Below, piece after piece: positions 24,195 through 35,450 of a stretch of DNA of 38,427 nt. The stretch lies in the NCBI GenBank assembly GCA_002256025.1, contig NKIB01015073.1, forward strand, positions 1 to 38,427. The letters run 5' to 3'. The number at the start of each line of letters is the position of its first letter. Within the stretch, counting starts at the first letter, position 1. The notes under the pieces were generated by a model. The model made no database searches. It was given only the letters and a program-made list of their open reading frames with translations, and was not told where the DNA came from. The stretch is from Asterionella formosa (taxonomy: Eukaryota). A program made the translations under genes and the position numbers.

Positions 24195-24868
24195 TTAGAC
24201 TTGTGGTTGCGGAGGTGTTGGAGGAGCAACAGCTTGATAGCGGAGGTTTCTTGGTGCTGGCGGTGCAGAATTCTGGCAGTATCCGGCAGGAGGAGGAGCA
24301 GGATGCGTCGAAAATTTACTGGCTGATGTGGACGTTTGTGAATTAGAAAATTTAGGAGGATAGTTTTGATTAGGTTGATAGGGAGCAATGGAGTGATATG
24401 TTTTTGGTGCTGGCGAGATACGTTGCCCACATTGTTTGCGACTTGAAGACTTTGCAATCTTCGTGCGAGTTTCGATAAAAGTGGCTTGCTAGCGTTGGGA
24501 AACAGGAAAAGAATAATGTTAGTGTGTGTTTATTATACCTCGTGAAAACAACAATCAACTGGCAACATATTTCACCTCATTGGACAAGCTGGTTTGACCA
24601 GTGCATACTGATTTGTTGCATTGTCAGGAAGTGGGGAGTAACATGACAATAGCCTTCATCAACGTTCTAAAGAGGAAGAAATATGTTTCATAATTAGTAT
24701 ACTCGACCATGGCGGGAACTAAAATATGACAACAACAATCAACAAGCACATACCAGTCCTCTCTTCCTTGTTGAATACGAGTTAATGCAGAACACCGGTT
24801 CCATCATGTTCCAGCTGCTTTGCGGAGTTTGCGATAGCTCATTGAGATTGACGACTTTTCGTTGTCAT
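24195..24868 (-). pseudogene. Decayed intron-containing gene or transposon-gene relic with a Pro-rich C-terminus
   Basis: ATG at 24868 reads MTTKSRQSQ*AIANSAKQLEHDGTGVLH*LVFNKEERT with in-frame stops. Intron-like 24753-24667 (GTATGT, TACTAAT, TAG), then a second CACTAAC branch point with a TAG acceptor near 24489. The terminal frame reads APPPAGYCQNSAPPAPRNLRYQAVAPPTPPQPQV*. Confidence 0.45.
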
Positions 24869-26073
24869 TGTAGAAGATTGTGCAGAAGTAACAAAAGTAA
24901 TATTGTGATTAGAAAGCAATGAAACAATATTATTGTAGGGCAGCGGAAACAAGCCAAAACATGAGCGCTAAAACTTGCTGCCGAGATCTGATTTGAGATA
25001 GTGTAGGACACGTAGAAAACATACTACAAAAATATAGTTAAAATTTAACGGCGTATCATATCTGACGAAAATACCGGTTCAATGACGAGATGGAAGCCTA
25101 ACTTTGACCTACCATAACGTTTCGAGTTTTGATACTCAACGACTGATTTATGTCGCTTTTGAACAATCATTGATTTATTTATCACTACATATCAAATCTA
25201 GAGAAGTATTTGGCCGGAAAGGCTATCGGAAATCAACAGAAAGGGGAACCGAAATTTTGGCGCCACTGTGATGAAGCAAGCATGATGCAACAATATGAAT
25301 CCCATAAGAAGTCGAATTTTATCCAACAATCAGCCAGATCCATTTGATGAAGAGTCAGTACTTGGGACATCAATGACCAGATTTTGTATACATCAGAGCA
25401 TGTTGGAAGATAGCAGGGATGTAAATAGTGGAATTGCTGTTGACACTTTCAAGAAAACCATCATTTCTTGCCTTCACGTAGCTCATCCTACTCCCTTTCA
25501 ATTTTTGCAGTCGATTTTCCTTAATTAAACGGCAGTCAATTGAGGGGCTATAGATATCAGAAATCGAATTCGCTTACCGGTAAATAAACGGCCATCGATT
25601 TTGGCAATAAAATCTAGGGGCTATTGAAAATATTGAAGGTAGTTTGGCAGTCGAAAAACGGAGCATATGAAATATACAAAATATGTTTTATATGATGGGC
25701 AATTGCAGGAGTGAGTAATCCAAAAACTGTACATATGAAATATCCAGCACATGTTTTATTTGAAGGGCAATTGGCTAGTTCGCATCCAACATACAAACTA
25801 TGTAAAATAGGTTTTCAATGTCAAATGAAAGGGCAAGAAAGTGGCGAAAAGCGCGCCGATAGCTAGTTTGTGAATTGCCTAGGTAAGACCCGCCTACTCA
25901 GGAGGAGTCTGCCTACTTGTAATCTTGTGTACTTGGGGGGCGCCACTCGTTCCATTTAGGTCTCCACTTTGCGTGAAGACAACATTTCCCTACTAGCTAG
26001 TTGTTGTGTTTGATGGAACAACGCACAATTAAATACCAAGGTTTATAACCTTCAGACATTTGATAAAGAACAA

Positions 26074-26520
26074 TGTTGAAGGGCGAATTCTATCAAGTTT
26101 TCCCTATGTTTACCAAACAAACTTGGTTAACCCTAAACTACGAATGATTGGAGAGACAAATCAGTTCTGTCTAAAGCATTGAAGAACAATCAAATCATCC
26201 TATTAAAGGATTGAGGAGGAACAATCCAATCATCATATTGCAGATACCTGAAAAGTAGCTCAGTAGAGGAACATCTATGTCCTAGAATCTATCTAGGCTA
26301 GATGGATATATATGTTACAAGGAAGAGGATGTAATCTACTTCGCTACAGCTGTAGGAACTACGAAGAACCTCGAAACAAAGGAACAAAGAACAAATTCAT
26401 TTCAGAAACATGTAGGAGTTGCCATGTTTCAATCGAAACTACATTTCAAAATTACATTTAGTTTAAGCTCACTCTTTTAGAAAACACACACAAGTGAAAC
26501 TACTAGTAAGATTGTCAACA
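26074..26520 (+). repeat. Putative 5' LTR (447 bp)
   Basis: Bounded by inverted TGTTGA...TCAACA termini and lies upstream of the leader and gag. No second copy or target-site duplication was found, and the PBS is unclear (TGGTTATTGCAGCCCA at 26581 is a candidate). Confidence 0.4.
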
Positions 26521-26668
26521 GAATATTAAAATCGTAAATTGTACTCCGTACTCATACTATTCACCGAGTTGATTTCTAACTGGTTATTGCAGCCCAATAC
26601 AGCTAAAGGTTTACAACAAGTTGGTTGTTTGGTTGTTGCACACCGAAAATTGTGGGAGCAAAGAGTCA

Positions 26669-27217
26669 ACACTTCTTTGCTACTCAGGCACAAAGCAAAC
26701 CCCGCAAGTACAACAACCTACGCTGTGGTGGTACTGTGCCCGAAGCGACGACACCTACAGCTTGGACAAGACGCAAGTCACAACTACATCGACGAAATCA
26801 TCTACCAAGCACGTTCGCACCTACCATACTAATCTACACTTCTTTGCTATTCAGGTACAAAGCGAACCCCGCAAGTACAACAGCTTATACTACGGCAGTA
26901 CCAAGTACCTGGTAATGTACAAAGCGAACCCCGCAAGTACAACAGCTTAACAGTATGGTGGTACCAAGTACCTGTTACTGTGCGTCACGCGAAGACAGCT
27001 GCCGGCACAGCCTGCATACCTGTTCAAGACTTCAACTGTACAACCGTACCAAGCGAACCCCGCCGGTACAAGAACCAGACACTAGTTCGATATCGTGTCC
27101 AACGCACGTGGTCTTCCTATTTTTGTTTTGTTCTTTTCTTTTTTTGGTGCGTGTGTACAGAGCTTCAGTACAGTCTGGTGTTAAGGTCGCCCTTTAAGTA
27201 CAAACCTCGCAAGTACA
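26669..27217 (+). repeat. Dispersed or tandem repeats in the retrotransposon 5' leader
   Basis: The core 'acaaagc(g/a)aaccccgcaagtacaaca' occurs near 26689, 26857 and 26919, with degenerate copies near 27046 and 27199. Confidence 0.85.
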
Positions 27218-27357
27218 CCGGGGTACCTGGTACCTACACATACCATCGGCAAGGTACCTGGTAAAACATCATGTTGCAGGCAACTAAATTTGGACACATC
27301 ACCCCAGAAGGACTTCGCTATTCTGGGGGCAGTTTGGATCGTCATTTTATTACTGAA

Positions 27358-28700
27358 ATGTCTCCAATGTTTTCTCCGTATCAGCTACGTACAGGAGATA
27401 CCAAGGAAGTTCGTAGCCTATTCGACTAGTGTACCAAAGAGAGGCGCAAGCAAGCTCTATAAGGGTCCCACTGGGGATACTACTAAGGACTATACCTTGA
27501 ATGAATTGGAACGTGTAATTCGTAAGGAAGCAGCCATCTGGGGGTAGACACCTTTTTATATGCTCCTGATGCAGAGGGTGAGATGTGGGACATGGCCACT
27601 ATCACTCTAGGATCAAGTTTGCACAGGTCAAACTCTACATTGACAAATGCTTAGAAGTGGAACCTGTCCCAGTGTTTCTACCTAATGATCCAGAAATAGA
27701 GACAGAAGAATCATATCATAAACGGGCAAAGGTATGGGATAATCAAGCAAGAGAAGATTCAGCACACCTGTGGAGGTTAATTGAATCACATGTAGATCCC
27801 AAGATCCTTACTGGTTTATATGAGCAACTGGAGGAATATGGTGATTGGGGTCCAGGTCTACTATTGTGGATGGCACTAATGGATGAGGTGACATCAGGCT
27901 CACCTCAACGCATGGATAATATAGTAGAACAATTTCGTAATCTGTCTCTTTCTAACTGTCCTGGTGAAAATGTCCGCTTGCTGACGTTCAGGCAACATAT
28001 AATCTACTGAAGCATGGCAATGCCATGCCTGCTACCATTTCAAGCGTGGTCATTGCAAAGTTTCTATGTTGCAGTGTAGAAGAGTTCAGAACCCCGTTCT
28101 ATTCAAAGTCTGTACAGGTAGATGATGAAGAGCGCTCCCTACTCGGTAAGGATGTAGGGACCATTCTGGCATTTCAGAGTACTTCTCTGGGTGTTGAGTC
28201 CTTAAGCGAGTTGGCAATGTCCAGTTTTAAGCGTCTAGTTGATTATGACCGCTGGCCACCTCTGAAGACAGTACCTAAGTTGCAGTCAGATGCCCTTCCC
28301 AATGCCTATCAAGCAGCAGTTGTTGAGTAATTAAAGCTGCTGCGTAGGAATCGAGGTAGTATTAAAGACTCTCCTGACGCACATTGTTTGTTACAAGTGT
28401 GGAAAAAAGGGGCATATTAAGCCTAACTGTCCAGAAAATGATATGTCTGGAGGTGAATTCAAGAAGAAGGACTCAGGTCCAGAAAGGATGAATTCCAAAC
28501 GCTTCTGGAAGGACATTCCTCCTACTGATGGTTCTCTTAATACAATTAATAGGGACGGAAAAACATGGCATTGGTGCGCGAAATGTCGTGGCGGGGAAGG
28601 CCGTTGGTCCACTACACACTCCACAGCCACTCACATAGGAAGCCAGCCAGTTAAAAACCAGGGTGCAGTAGCAGGTCTAGCTAGCTCATGCAGTCCTCAA
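27358..28700 (+). pseudogene. gag of the copia element, disrupted
   Basis: 'GPGLLLWMALMDEV' and 'LSLSNCPGENVR'. CCHC knuckle 'CYKCGKKGHIKPNC' (28389-28430), followed by 'WHWCAKC...WSTTHSTATH'. Several stops and frameshifts. Confidence 0.8.
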
Positions 28701-29217
28701 CGTGGATGATGCACCAGAGGAGGACGCCACACTTGTTTTTACCCCTTTTGGATATGTTGCTGCCAGTAGTGAAGAGAATGTAGAATGGTTAAATGTTGTC
28801 CGTGATTTGTTGCATGCTCAACAAGTCGACGCCAGTCTGAAATCCCCATGCGTGACTCCGCCACCATTGGGCCCAAATAGGACTACTATCCTCCCCACAG
28901 GCTACCTCTCTATTACAGACGAAGACTGTGACATGTTCTTTGATTGTGAATCAGATGTGCATGATGATGAATCCACAGAAATGATGGAAGTGGAACAGAT
29001 TAGCTTAGTCCGTGCAGTCTTGTCTGGTCGCATTTACTACTCTACTAGTGAGGCAAGTGACTCTGATGATGAATCGGGTAATGAGGACCACCATGATCAC
29101 ACGTGGTTCACTAGTACCTTCTGAGTTGCCTGCCAGCAGCGATGCGTCACTGTTGGCCCTACACATTTACATGAAACCGACAGTAAACTACATGAAATAT
29201 ATACACCAGAAATAAAT

Positions 29218-29345
29218 ATATTAAGTTCTAATGAACAAATAAAACCATATGAAATGGATTCAAACACCATGTTCAACAACAATATTAAGTTCTAATGAAC
29301 AAATAAAACCATATGAAATGGATTCAAACACCATGTTCAACAACA
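29218..29345. repeat. Perfect tandem duplication, 2 x 64 bp
   Basis: 29218-29281 is identical to 29282-29345. Confidence 0.95.
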
Positions 29346-29356
29346 AAGATGAACAT

Positions 29357-32047
29357 TTCTCCGTTATTTGGGATACTGGGGCAACACCCCATAAGCGCAT
29401 ATAAGGGAGATTTTGTTGGAGAGTTATCAATTCCCAAGGCACCATTACACCTGGGAGGGATTGCTTCAGGCCTTGCTGTAATAGAAGGCATAGGCACTGT
29501 CCACTGGACTTTTCTACCTGACGATGGACGTTTGTTGCACCTGCATCTGAATGCATACTATGTTCCTCAGTGTACACAGCGTCTTCTATCACCCCAACAA
29601 ATATTCTCTAAAGAACAAGGTTTTACCGGTCAGTTTTTCATACTGGATGACTATGCCCAGCTAATGATAGATGGTAAACCACCTATAACTATTTACTATG
29701 ACCCAGTCAATGACTTGCCAACAAGTCGAGCAATTCGTTCTGCTACTGCAGGCCAACGAGAGGAGTTCCTATATCTATGCATCACCGAAGACCGCAATCA
29801 AAATTGAACAGAGGCACAGAAGGAGTATCTGCGTTGGCACTACAAACTGGGACATTTGGGCTCTGCTACAATACAGTGGTTATTACGACAACCGTCATTT
29901 GGTAACAATCTCAAGAGTCGAGCAGCTGCCCGTTGCACTTCACCTAAGTGTGCAGCATGTGAGTACGGTAAGGCCCATAGAAAACCTTTAAAAGCCGCAA
30001 TCAGCATTCCTTCGCCTGAGAGGGAGGGAAATGTAAAGTCTGGTGATCTAAATCCAGGCTCAGGAGTGTCTGTGGACCATTTTGAATCCCATGTCCTCGG
30101 ACGACAATATTCTTCGCGAGGAAAATCACAAGATTCTTGCATGTATAAAGGGGGCTGTATTTTTGTGGATCACGCATCAGGCCTTCTTTATGTCCACCAT
30201 CAGGTGGGATTTTCGGCAACCGAAACACTCACTGGAAAGCAGCAATGATTCGAGAATTGGGCTTACAATCACGGTGTTCTTGTTGCATTCTATATGACTG
30301 ATAATGGAACATTCGGCGCTAAGGAGTTTGTTGAAGCAATTATTGCGCGAGGACAACAAGTTAAATACTGTGGAGTTGGTGCACACCACCAGAACGGTGT
30401 TGTTGAAAGAAGCATACGCACTGTATCCAATATGGCACGAGTCATGATGCTACATGCATCTATAAGATGGCCTGAAACTGCTGATGCGACCCTATGGCCT
30501 ATGGCAGTTGATTATGCTGCGCATGTCTATAACCATGTCCCAGGCATACACCAAACAGGTCAGTCACCAATGGATATATTTACTGGATCTCTAGTACCCA
30601 GGCATGGTCTTAAGGATTTACATGTGTGGGGCTGTCCATCCTATGTATTAGATCCAAAGATGCAAAATGGCATGAAATTGCCCAGATGGAAACCAAGATC
30701 TCGGCGTGCTCTGTTTGTGGGAATGTCCCCTAATCACAGTAGCAACGTGCCCCTGGTACTAAACTTGAAGACTGGAAGTATATCACCTCAATTTCATGTG
30801 GTGTTCGATGACTTCTTTTCTACAGTGATGTCCATTCCAGAGGGAGATGACCCCGCAGCACACTGGGAGAATATTTTCAACAAATCACGCTTTCAGGCGT
30901 ATTTTGATGAACATGATTTGCCTACCTTACAGGAGGAATGGACCGAAAACGATGATGCCTACCTAGACAAGAAACGTCATATGGAGGCTAAGGTGTTACC
31001 CACCATTGGTCTACACAGAGATGAGACGCCGTGCGTCTTATCTTCAGGGGGAGTCACCAATGCAGGTGACTATGACAGAAGAAAGAGGGACACCATTGTC
31101 TCCTGCTGGTGTTGCTGTACTTTCGCCCATTGAAATACAGAGTGTACCAGTACGGATTGATGCAGTGGATGCTAACAAGTGGCTGCATAGGCTACCACCC
31201 ACTAGATTGGTACAAGAATCGGTAGTGACCATTCCACCAGGAACAGTAGTGTCACGGGAACCACAAGAGAACATTCCGCAAGGAACAGTAGCGGAGCAAG
31301 AACACGTGGAGATGCTGTCCCAAATGTCTCCTCGCCCACCACAGAGGCGTAGCATCAGAACAAACAGAGTACCGCAACGCTTTACTCCTGGTCTACGTGG
31401 GCAAGACGGTTATCTTGCAGGGTCATTTCTATCTAGTCTAAGTGAGCAGTATCATAGCCTGAGCCAATCAGAATCAGTCCTCGCCTATTTGTCATCTTTA
31501 ATGACCGATCCAATGACTAGATATTTGGAATGTACTAACCCACTTGCTTTCGCTGCGATGACTAAACGATCCGACCCAGACTCGCCAAGATATCACGAAG
31601 CAATGGCAAGCATTGATTCTGAATCATTTAAGGAAGCGATGGTAGCAGAAATAAATGCTCTTACAGCAAAGAATACATGGACTGTAATACTACGGCATTC
31701 ATTTCTGGCAAAAATGTTCTACCAGGAACATGGGCATTTAAGAGGAAGAGATTTCCTGACGGTCGTCTTCGAAAGTGTAAAGCACAGTTTTGTGTCCGTG
31801 GTGATAAGCAAGTCAAAGGCGTTGACTACTTCGAAATGTATGCACCAGTGGTACAATGGTCTACAGTGAGATGCTTACTCATAATGTCGATTGTGTTGGA
31901 CCTAAAAAGAAGACACAACAAATCGACTATAGTAATGCATTCTGTCAAGCAGAAATTGAAGAAGAAGTCTACGTGGAGTTACCTAAAGACTTTGGTGACA
32001 AGCAAGGGCGCGATATGGTTCTTAAACTAAATAAGTCGCTCTATAGT
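29357..32047 (+). pseudogene. pol of the copia element (protease, integrase, partial RT), disrupted
   Basis: Protease 'VIWDTGAT' (GAT at 29372). Integrase HHCC 'WHYKLGH...CAACEYGK' and DDE core 'VSVDH / TDNG / NGVVERSIRT', then 'SPQFHVVFDD'. RT 'TWAFKRKRFPDG..KAQFCVRGDKQ..YAPVV..QIDYSNAF'. Confidence 0.92.
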
Positions 32048-33681
32048 GTGGAACGACAAGCGACGATGTAAGCAATCAAAACGGACCATGGAAGCAATCA
32101 AATCGGAACTTCGACAATTTTGTATCTACGATCACATTCAGTGTTTCACTGTTGTACTCACCGATCCGCTCTAACAAGCGTAACACACGTGATGCGGGAA
32201 CTTACCCTGGAGTCTTTTCGGACAGAATTATTCAGCAAAACATACCTACGCAAGACTCTAAGTCTACGACAACGTTTTTGCACGTACTAATTCCTATTCC
32301 AATATTTTGTCGACTGTTGAAAAAACCGATCGGGTCGACTTTTTGGAAGAGAATTGCTCTACATCTACGGGGTTTCATGACGATTAAAATAGATAGCCGT
32401 GTACCCTATAACGTCAGGAGTTAACTTCTGGAGAGAAGTGGCAGTTATGTATCGTAGATTTTTTGAAAAGCTTCGTAGCCCCTTTTTTGACTATTTTTGC
32501 GGTAGTTACAAATCTATGATACATAACTGCCACTTCTCTCCAGAAATGGGGTCCTTACCATATCTGTATATAGATCATACCCCTAAGTCGCAAAATGACA
32601 TTATCTAAGCTGCATATGCAAAGTGGTCGTATTGGTGAAAGCTAATTTAACCTTTAAGTATTATATTTGCTTGTACTTGATGTGTGGATTGAGGTACATC
32701 ATAAAAATCTTTTGGGAAAAATGGACCTCGCAATTTGTAACTGCAGGGCCGCAACCTTAAAAGCCAATATGCCAAGAGTGGTCCTGCTGATGAGGCAAAA
32801 CGATAACACAAGAATACCCTTGTACTCAACCTATCCAAGTTGCATGGGTGTGGTTCGAAATACTAGAAAAGGTGGGTATTACTGTATGGTATACCAGGAC
32901 ATATTGTAGCTACATACCGGTATGTAGACTACTGACTGAAACCAGTATCTTTTGTGTAGACCTACAGTGGTACAAAATTGAACGCAATTTCTGCACATTT
33001 CTGTGGTGAAAATCATCCACATTTTTCTGGACCGATGCATGGCAACAGCCAAAAAATTCAAATCACCGTAGAAACAAGCAAAAATGGCTCCTGACGGAAC
33101 CGGCCGTTCGGAAAAATGTGGACAAAATCCCTCATCATAGATTTACCTATCGGCACTGAAACTAAACAACGGTATGCTCCACATTTTTCTGTACCAGGTA
33201 CCAGCAGCAGATGCCTGCGTTGTTTAATATCCAACTTCGCACGAGGAAGCGTCAAACGCTAAAAAGTGCTTTATGTTGGGTTTTTTAAACGACTGCACTT
33301 GAAGCCAATACGTATGACTTAGTATGTAGCTAAATTACTATGACACTGCAGCAACTTAGACCAACGTCATCACGTCCCGCTTTGGAGAAGAAGGGATGAC
33401 CCGGACTTGAAGCTGGGCTGGCATCGATCTGATTGGCTGATTCCGGCAACAGTGTGACAAGTTCAAATTTTTGCTGAGCCTGCTCCAAACCAAAGACGAC
33501 ATTCCCTGTAAACTACCCGTGGTACTTTGTACTCTACCGGTACTCAGAACGGTAGACATCTGGTAGTCTTTGTACATGTACTCGGAGTACATGCATGATC
33601 AGCAAACATTTTTGCCTTCCGAATCAGCAGAAAAAAATTCTTTCATATGATGTATTATTATTACCCAAACGACTAGAAACC

Positions 33682-35164
33682 ATGGCCTTTGATATGCCCG
33701 TCGAGGCCGACCGAGTCGACGACCTCGGCCTCTTCACTTTCTTCATACGTGCTCCAATATTTGGAACGATAGCATGGATGCTAGGAGGTCAAGATGCTAA
33801 GAAGCAACAAGAAGAGCAAGAACAAAGGCCCCATAGTGATGCGCCTAAGGAGCATGCTCTCCCACCAGCACAGCTGCAAAAGATGATAGAAACAAACCAG
33901 CAAAGGAAGAAGGGAATAATAAAGAAATTTCCTAGGCTCGTCGGAAGTGATATATCAGATTTTGGAGATTGTGCAATTCAGTTGAATGCAGCGGAATTGG
34001 AACATCATTTTGCGAGCTCAACTATGGAAGACGAGTATGACCTGAAAAGGGCCAACAAGCGCATGAGCTGGTCAGATGAAAGCGGAAAAGACCTAGTGGA
34101 ATACATAGGCGATGAGGTAAGCCCCTCCCCTGTTCGTCTCAGCTTTGACGTTGACAATTTATTCGAAACCTGTGGCTTGCGTGAGTGAATTTTCAATCAA
34201 TCAGCGTCTAGGTTGTTTTCACCTTGGCCCAAGGTTCAAGTTTTCATCGATTCATGCTCAGGCAAATACACTTTCTATTGATATTCCATTGAATATCACT
34301 TAGTTGCCTTCATTGGAACTAAATTGGGTCAGTTCATTGCGTCATTTTTTGCTGAAATGGAATGCTGTACACATAGTCAAGGAATGAGGACGTGAGATTG
34401 CAAAACAGAGTCTGCGATTTTTTTGTGTTGTACGAGCTCGTTTTGTGAGGTTTTTCAACACATATACTTATCACTGTACCGGAGATGTCCGTCCACAACG
34501 AATCGACGCATCACTATTCTGGTTCCTATAGTACCTGGTACCTGTCAGCAGGAAGTGAGACTTGACACCCTTGAGTACCGTGAAATATCTCTCATTTTTT
34601 GTCTGTGATGTTTGCTTATTTCTGGGCGATGGTGTATAACGTCGCAATTCGCCAAGGGGTCACGTTGTCATTGGGTCATTAACATTCTTACTAACATTCT
34701 TGTGTGATTGTCTTGGTATATCAATGGGAAATCAGACATCAACGATGTATGAACCTCAGCGCTCAGCAGAACCAAGATCCTCAGCCATCACCAACGCGAG
34801 GCAGCAAATGCAGGCGAAGCCCCTTATCAAGATAACTCGATCGATTCGCAGTAAAGATGCAACAAAGATTGCGGACACTGCTCGATTCCTTCCCAAAGGA
34901 TTACAGGGAGGTCACGGTGGTTTACTCATGCCTACGAAACCATTTGGTGATGGTCATGTCAGCCCTGACTGGGGGTGGTACATTAACACAACGCCCCCCA
35001 CCCCTGAAATGTATCATGCTTCAAGCAAAGTATGTATCAAGAACCCGTCAAACAACCCTGCACCGCAAACAATCACAAGGCGTGGTCCATCAACCTTGGA
35101 CAGTCCGGCCTTTTCGAAAGGACGCAAGGGCGGAGCGGCACATTGGCCAAGCGTTCCCATTTAG
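33682..35164 (+). CDS. Uncharacterised 287-aa protein with an RVxF-like motif; exons 33682-34116 and 34736-35164, intron 34117-34735 (619 nt)
   Basis: Phase-0 GTAAGC donor, TACTAAC at 34689-34695, and the first downstream AG (CAG, 34733-34735) gives an in-frame join. Motifs 'KRMSWSDESGKDLVEY' and 'SPDWGWYINTTPP'. Confidence 0.7.
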
Positions 35165-35450
35165 TCATGCAAACTGTTGTAATCCCGATTCTTGCAGGCT
35201 ATAGCACGCGCTGTCGTCCTGTCTACTATTACGGTCTCCCCTTTTCGGTGCTTCATTCCGATCTCCTTCGAGGTGGGCTAGTCCACGGAATGCCCAATAT
35301 GCTACGCATTTTACAGGCTACTCACTCAAAGTCAAACGTATAAGTTTATAGTGTTAATGGACGTCCCACTTGTTAATCCCACGTGTTATTTGTTTGTTAT
35401 GGTGTGTGATTATTTATATTCACAGAACAAGGGATCAATACTGTGATTAA

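Larger units (their letters stand above)
26074..32047 (+). mobile_element. Degenerate, 3'-truncated Ty1/copia LTR retrotransposon (diatom CoDi-like)
   Basis: Domain order gag - protease - integrase - RT, with many stops and frameshifts. RT ends at 'LKLNKSLY' before YVDD. No RNase H or 3' LTR was found. The 5' boundary is tentative. Confidence 0.92.

Noticed and set aside
26669..27217. Spaced ~30-bp repeats resembling a CRISPR array
   Set aside because: Spacing is irregular, the spacers are related to each other, no cas genes are present, the context is eukaryotic, and the repeats lie in a retrotransposon leader.
32420..33590. Possible DNA-transposon end or 3' LTR
   Set aside because: No match to 26074-26520, and no terminal inverted repeat pair or transposase remnant could be identified by eye.
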